The translations under genes were made by a program, and so were the position numbers. A stretch of 61,541 bases of DNA, counting the filler. It is 9 parts of 9 records of this genome, joined end to end, with 100 filler letters (N's around TTAATTAATTAA, not from the genome) between each part and the next. Parts side by side here need not be neighbours in the genome. Positions count along the whole stretch, not along the records: positions 55,116 to 61,541 come from SRR31147125_74281; 8 more parts are not named here. One strand, written 5' to 3'. Under the pieces are notes generated by a model. That model saw only the letters and a list, made by a program, of their open reading frames with translations, did no database searches and was not told the origin of the DNA. Each line of letters opens with the position of its first letter. Position 1 is the stretch's first letter. This document shows, piece after piece, positions 56,721 through 61,541 of this stretch.

Positions 56721-57159
56721 ATGAACCAGAACAAGCCAAATAGCAAACTTCAATTCTTAAAACCTGACCTTGAATCGGAGTCTTCCATTAACTATGCGGG
56801 TGGAGTAAATGCTGGGTTTCCATCGCCTGCAGATGATTATTTGGATATTAAGATTGATTTAAACCAAGAGCTAGTGCAAAATCCTGAAGCTACGTTCTAT
56901 GCACGCGTAAGAGGGAATTCGATGATTGATGCCGGCTTGAATGATGGCGACGTTCTGGTAATTGACAGAAGTCTTGACCCTCAGAATAACAGCATTGCCG
57001 TTTGTTTTCTTGATGGTGAATTTACTGTGAAACGAATAAAAATTGAAAAAGATTTTTGTTGGCTGGTTCCCGAAAATAAAGAATTCTCTCCCATTAAAGT
57101 AACTGAAGATAATGATTTTATTATTTGGGGAATTGTAGCCTATGTAATTAAAAGTATGA
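56721..57159 (+). CDS. umuD: UmuD-like S24 peptidase
   Basis: AGFPSPA, GNSM and EFTVKR motifs. Confidence 0.9.
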
Positions 57160-58406
57160 TTGCACTGGTTGATTGCAATAACTTTTATGCCAGCTGCGAA
57201 CGTGTGTTCCGACCGGACTTGATTGATAAACCAATCGTTGTTTTATCGAATAATGACGGATGTATTATTGCCCGATCAAATGAAGCAAAAAAATTCAATA
57301 TTCCCATGGCAGCTCCTGCTCATAAATGGGTAGATATCTTTGAAAAAAACAAGATCCATGTTTTTTCATCAAACTATGCACTGTATGGAGATTTAAGCCA
57401 ACGGGTAATGAATATTCTTGCCAACCACTCACCCGAAGTAGAAGTCTATTCCATAGATGAAGCTTTCCTTTATTTAGATGGGGTGCAAAATTTAAACTTA
57501 TTAGCAGCTAACTTGGTCGCTAAAGTGAAAAAATGGACAGGCATTCCAATAAGCATTGGTATTGCTCCAACAAAAACCCTGGCAAAAGCAGCGAACCGAA
57601 TTGCAAAAAAATTTCCGGAATTAAACAACTCGTATATAATTGACACCGAAGAAAAACGATTAAAAGCATTAAAATGGATGCAAGTTCAGGATGTATGGGG
57701 AATTGGTAGCCGACTTGCAGAAAAGATGAACTACTACGGAAGCAATACCGCATTTGATCTAAGTCAAAAAACGGATTCTTTTGTCAGAAAGCATTTTACA
57801 GTAACGGGACTTCGTACCAAAAAAGAACTTGAGGGTGAACGCTGTTTGGAATTTGAACACCAGCCTCCCGCTAAAAAAAGCATTGCCACAACCCGTAGCT
57901 TTGCAGAAATGCAAACTGAACTCCATCCCATAGAAGAAGCTATTTGTCATTACACCGAACTTAATGGACACAAACTACGCAAAAAGAAACTTTGTGCCTC
58001 AACCATGATGATTTTTATAAATACAAATCGGTTTCAGAATCTCCCACAATATAATGCTGGCTTTTCAGTCACTTTCCCTACGCCAACCAACAATAGTTCA
58101 GAGATGATTCAATACGCAAAAAAAATGGTGGAGAAGATTTACAAAAGTGGCTACCAATACAAAAAAGCAGGAGTGGTTGTAGCAGGGTTAATTCCTGAAA
58201 ACCAGGTGCAATTGAATATTTTCGATGAAGTTGACCGTCCAAAATACCAAAAGCTTTACAAAGTTATTGATCTGATTAATGAAAGCTATGGTAGAAACAC
58301 CATCAACATTGCATCTTCAAAAGGAAGTAGAAAGTGGAAGTTAAAACAGGAGAAACTAAGCAAACGCTTCACTACCCGATGGGATGATTTGCTCGATATA
58401 GAATAA
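57156..58406 (+). CDS. umuC: Y-family DNA polymerase V UmuC
   Basis: ALVDCNNFYASCE, LSNNDGC, YSIDEAF and C-terminal SKRFTTRW. Confidence 0.93.
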   Translation: MIALVDCNNFYASCERVFRPDLIDKPIVVLSNNDGCIIARSNEAKKFNIPMAAPAHKWVDIFEKNKIHVFSSNYALYGDLSQRVMNILANHSPEVEVYSIDEAFLYLDGVQNLNLLAANLVAKVKKWTGIPISIGIAPTKTLAKAANRIAKKFPELNNSYIIDTEEKRLKALKWMQVQDVWGIGSRLAEKMNYYGSNTAFDLSQKTDSFVRKHFTVTGLRTKKELEGERCLEFEHQPPAKKSIATTRSFAEMQTELHPIEEAICHYTELNGHKLRKKKLCASTMMIFINTNRFQNLPQYNAGFSVTFPTPTNNSSEMIQYAKKMVEKIYKSGYQYKKAGVVVAGLIPENQVQLNIFDEVDRPKYQKLYKVIDLINESYGRNTINIASSKGSRKWKLKQEKLSKRFTTRWDDLLDIE

Positions 58407-58499
58407 TTTTCTGATTTATTTCACTTTTTTCATTCAACAGATTCATTTACTTTGTAATGAACAAATACTCTTACATTCTAATAATTTAATATTCCCAGC

Positions 58500-59687
58500 A
58501 TGTACGGAAAAATTAAGCACGATTTACAACAAACCCTTGAAGAATTAAAGGAACAAGGACTTTATAAATCGGAACGTATCATTACGTCTTCACAAAGTTC
58601 AGAAATTTCTGTTGGAGATGGCAACTCAGTTTTAAACTTTTGCGCCAATAATTACCTGGGATTGGCTAACCATCCTGAAGTTGTAGAAGCAGCTCAAAAT
58701 ATAATGAGCGAATGGGGATTTGGACTTTCTTCCGTACGTTTTATTTGTGGCACACAGCAAATTCACAAAGAGCTTGAGCAAAAAACTTCTGAGTTTTTGG
58801 GTACTGAAGATACTATTCTGTATTGTGCAGCTTTTGATGCAAACGGTGGTGTTTTTGAGCCTTTACTTGGTGCTGATTCTGCAATTATTTCTGATGAGTT
58901 AAACCATGCTTCTATTATTGATGGAGTAAGACTTTGCAAGGCACAACGATTCAGGTACAAACACTCTAACATGGAAGAGTTGGAGCAATGTTTAAAAGAT
59001 GCTCAAACTGCAAAATATCGAATTGTAGTAACTGATGGTGTTTTCTCTATGGATGGTGATTTAGCTAAACTTCCTGAAATTGTTGAGCTTTGCGAAAAGT
59101 ACGATGCTTTGGTTATGGTTGATGATTCGCATGCAAGTGGATACATTGGAGCAACCGGCCGCGGTACTGCAGAACATTTTGGATTGCTTGGAAAGATTGA
59201 CATTATCACCTCAACTTTTGGTAAAGCATTAGGCGGTGGAAATGGTGGTTGTACTTCAGGACGGAAAGAAATTATTGATATGCTTCGTCAGCGATCACGC
59301 CCCTATTTATTCTCAAATACTTTGTCGCCGGCAACAGTTGGCGCTACTTTAAAAGTTCTGGAAATGCTTACGGCTTCTTCCGAATTACAAAACCAAACCA
59401 TGAAAAATGCCACCAACTTCCGCAACAAAATGGAAGCTGCAGGCTTTGATTTGGTGAAAGGTGACACAGCAATTGTTCCGGTTATGCTATATGATGAGCC
59501 ATTGGCAATTAAATTTGCCGACGAACTATTGAAAGAAGGGGTTTACGTAATTGGCTTCTGCTTCCCGGTAGTGCCTCGCAGTAAAGCACGTATCCGTGTT
59601 CAGCTTTCTGCTGCTCATACACCAGAGCAAATTGACAAAGCCGTAGAAGCGTTTATTAAAGTAGGGAAAGAGTTGGGTGTGATTTAA
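58500..59687 (+). CDS. kbl: Glycine C-acetyltransferase
   Basis: NFCANNYLGL, SVRFICGT, LRQRSRPYLFSN and ARIRVQLSA. Confidence 0.95.
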   Translation: MYGKIKHDLQQTLEELKEQGLYKSERIITSSQSSEISVGDGNSVLNFCANNYLGLANHPEVVEAAQNIMSEWGFGLSSVRFICGTQQIHKELEQKTSEFLGTEDTILYCAAFDANGGVFEPLLGADSAIISDELNHASIIDGVRLCKAQRFRYKHSNMEELEQCLKDAQTAKYRIVVTDGVFSMDGDLAKLPEIVELCEKYDALVMVDDSHASGYIGATGRGTAEHFGLLGKIDIITSTFGKALGGGNGGCTSGRKEIIDMLRQRSRPYLFSNTLSPATVGATLKVLEMLTASSELQNQTMKNATNFRNKMEAAGFDLVKGDTAIVPVMLYDEPLAIKFADELLKEGVYVIGFCFPVVPRSKARIRVQLSAAHTPEQIDKAVEAFIKVGKELGVI

Positions 59688-59692
59688 AAAAC

Positions 59693-59727
59693 GAAGGATG
59701 CCATCTTTCCCGGAGATGGCATCCTTC
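59693..59727. terminator. Hairpin terminator between convergent genes
   Basis: GAAGGATGCCATCT-N7-AGATGGCATCCTTC perfect 14-bp stem. Confidence 0.8.
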
Positions 59728-59749
59728 TAGAATATTACATTTAACTCTT

Positions 59750-61541
59750 TTAATGTAAATCTACCCAACCACCGGAAGTTTCTCCATAAATTAAAATAAA
59801 TGCAAGATCCATGTCAGCTACGGTTGTAACACTACCTAGAGCTCCTCTATAATGTGCTCCTCTAGGGTAAGCATTAGATCTATTTGTTGGAACAAATAGT
59901 CTATTCCCATTCGTAGATGTAAATTCTAAGTAATAAGTTATTCCTGAACTAAGGGTAAGGTTTGCGCTATTGAAAGTCCAGGTTCCAGAAACATACGAAA
60001 ATTCGGTAGCGTCCGAATCATGAATTGTATTATCCGATGTTGCCATCAAATTACCATTTGGTGCATCGTATATTTTTATTTGAACATCGCCAGCAGAAAA
60101 ACGAACTGCAACTTTTGCCTGGATTGATTTAAGAACACCTGACGATAAAGGTTGAAAGGTCTGTCCCATAGCAGGTCCATCGTAAGTCGCCTGTCCTTCT
60201 ATTGTGCCAATTCCATCTGTAGAAGGGCTCGTAGGAGAGGTATATCCTTGGAATTTGTTTTCAGTGGTATTCACTATCATCATCCCTACCTCGGGTGTTA
60301 ATGCATCTCGTTCTGTAGTTGTCATTGTAGGCACAATAAACTTTTTCAATTCATCGATTTCAGTCTGCATTGAGTTATCTTGTGAATCAACATAAGTTTT
60401 ATCGGCCTTTATGTTAAGCTCAGTATCAACATAAACCTTATCGGCTTTTAATGCAATTTCAGTATCAACATAAACCTTATCGGCCTTAAAATCTATTTGA
60501 GCATCTATACTTGAATGATCAACATTATCCATCGAAATATTACTTTCTATCCAGCTAATATCTGCACTAATTACTTGATCAGAAATGCTTATGCCAGATC
60601 CAGCCTGATAATTATTCAAATCATTTCGCTTACTCCAGGTAGTACCCATTGCAAAATGAGAACTTATTGTCCATATTGTTGAAATATAGCTATTACCTTT
60701 CTGTACCATAACTGAATTACCAACCGAAACTTCATCTGTAATATCACTATCAAAATCATCCGCCAGCTCCCATGAGGAATTTGTACGAGCTATCCAGACT
60801 AAATTTTGACGAGGATCTCCTTGTGCAGTTAATAATACACGATCACCATCCATCAATTGATACCCGTCAATACTCGGCAGTACAGCTTGTGGGGTAGCTA
60901 TATCTAAAGAAGTAGTCGCAACAACTTGTACATCCATTTTAAACTTATGTGATGCAGACTGTTGCACAGCTTGATTATCAACATAAGCTTTATTTGCAGC
61001 ATCAGAACTATTTGTTGGAGTAGACACATTGTTCAAAATATCAGATGTTACGAACCCATTATCTGACACAAAATCAACAACCTGCGTTTCTGTTAGTTTA
61101 GTATCAACGGTTGCAGCAGTCCAACTTAAATTTCCATCCCCATCAGTTGTCAGAACTTCATTTGCATCCCCATCATTTATCGGTAGAGTTAATGAATAAT
61201 CAGCAGAGATTGCCTGAGTTAGAATGGTAACTTTATTCGTTCCACTACCACTTGCTTCATAAATTGACAAATTGCCTGCTGAAGTACCATCCTTCAAATT
61301 TAAATTTCCATTGATAGTTAGTAGATCATTGTCAAATTCTCCATAAATTAATGGGACATCATTTCCAAGTGAATTTTCAATATATAATTTGTGACTTTCA
61401 GTCGTATTTGAATCATACCTACCTATAGATACGTTATAACTACCTTCTTGCAAATTGTGTGCAGCACCTGCCCCAACAAATATATTATTTGTCCCATTTG
61501 TTAAGCTGGATCCACTTTCGTTACCAATAGCCACATTAGAA
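59750..61541 (-). CDS. Mosaic tail-fibre/adhesin-like protein, 5' partial
   Basis: VLTTDGDGNLSW, DAANKAYVD, IDGYQLMDGDRVLL, 3x KADKxYVD and PTMTTTERDAL modules. Confidence 0.7.
   Translation of the reverse strand, partial: SNVAIGNESGSSLTNGTNNIFVGAGAAHNLQEGSYNVSIGRYDSNTTESHKLYIENSLGNDVPLIYGEFDNDLLTINGNLNLKDGTSAGNLSIYEASGSGTNKVTILTQAISADYSLTLPINDGDANEVLTTDGDGNLSWTAATVDTKLTETQVVDFVSDNGFVTSDILNNVSTPTNSSDAANKAYVDNQAVQQSASHKFKMDVQVVATTSLDIATPQAVLPSIDGYQLMDGDRVLLTAQGDPRQNLVWIARTNSSWELADDFDSDITDEVSVGNSVMVQKGNSYISTIWTISSHFAMGTTWSKRNDLNNYQAGSGISISDQVISADISWIESNISMDNVDHSSIDAQIDFKADKVYVDTEIALKADKVYVDTELNIKADKTYVDSQDNSMQTEIDELKKFIVPTMTTTERDALTPEVGMMIVNTTENKFQGYTSPTSPSTDGIGTIEGQATYDGPAMGQTFQPLSSGVLKSIQAKVAVRFSAGDVQIKIYDAPNGNLMATSDNTIHDSDATEFSYVSGTWTFNSANLTLSSGITYYLEFTSTNGNRLFVPTNRSNAYPRGAHYRGALGSVTTVADMDLAFILIYGETSGGWVDLH

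Overview
This window is not one locus. It is nine unrelated contigs joined by 100-nt N-spacers carrying a TTAATTAATTAA stop linker (5383-5482, 10864-10963, 19245-19344, 26025-26124, 34645-34744, 40019-40118, 48669-48768, 55016-55115), consistent with an anoxic-environment metagenome. Homopolymer indel errors are frequent, so many genes look split or fused. The contigs are: (1) Desulfobacteraceae-like acyl-CoA synthetase, adenine deaminase and acyltransferase; (2) sigma54-type solute symporter plus benzoate-CoA ligase operon and an IS3 remnant; (3) an intron-rich microbial eukaryote with a SET methyltransferase, a giant coiled-coil protein and an M16 peptidase; (4) one end of an F-type conjugative element at a tRNA-Glu att site; (5) two-component genes and an aminotransferase-engB-era-ATP-grasp-HNH operon; (6) flgA-H-I-J-N and an HD-GYP regulator; (7) a xanthine-dehydrogenase-family Mo-hydroxylase, MocA and a type II ABC importer; (8) a PrsT-like TPR protein, a cryptic subtilase and an autotransporter; (9) Bacteroidota crtI-crtB-crtY-umuDC, kbl and a tail-fibre-like protein. 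Three candidates for novelty stand out. First, the ICE's tra operon is headed by a phage-type replication initiator with six internal 23-bp iterons, starting about 135 bp from the att core. Second, manual splicing of the protist coiled-coil gene reveals a CC1-box plus a Spindly-like motif, the architecture of dynein activating adaptors. Third, a FecCD-fold ABC importer carries a ModE-type operator and sits beside Mo-enzyme genes. All calls come from reading motifs by eye; no database searches were run.
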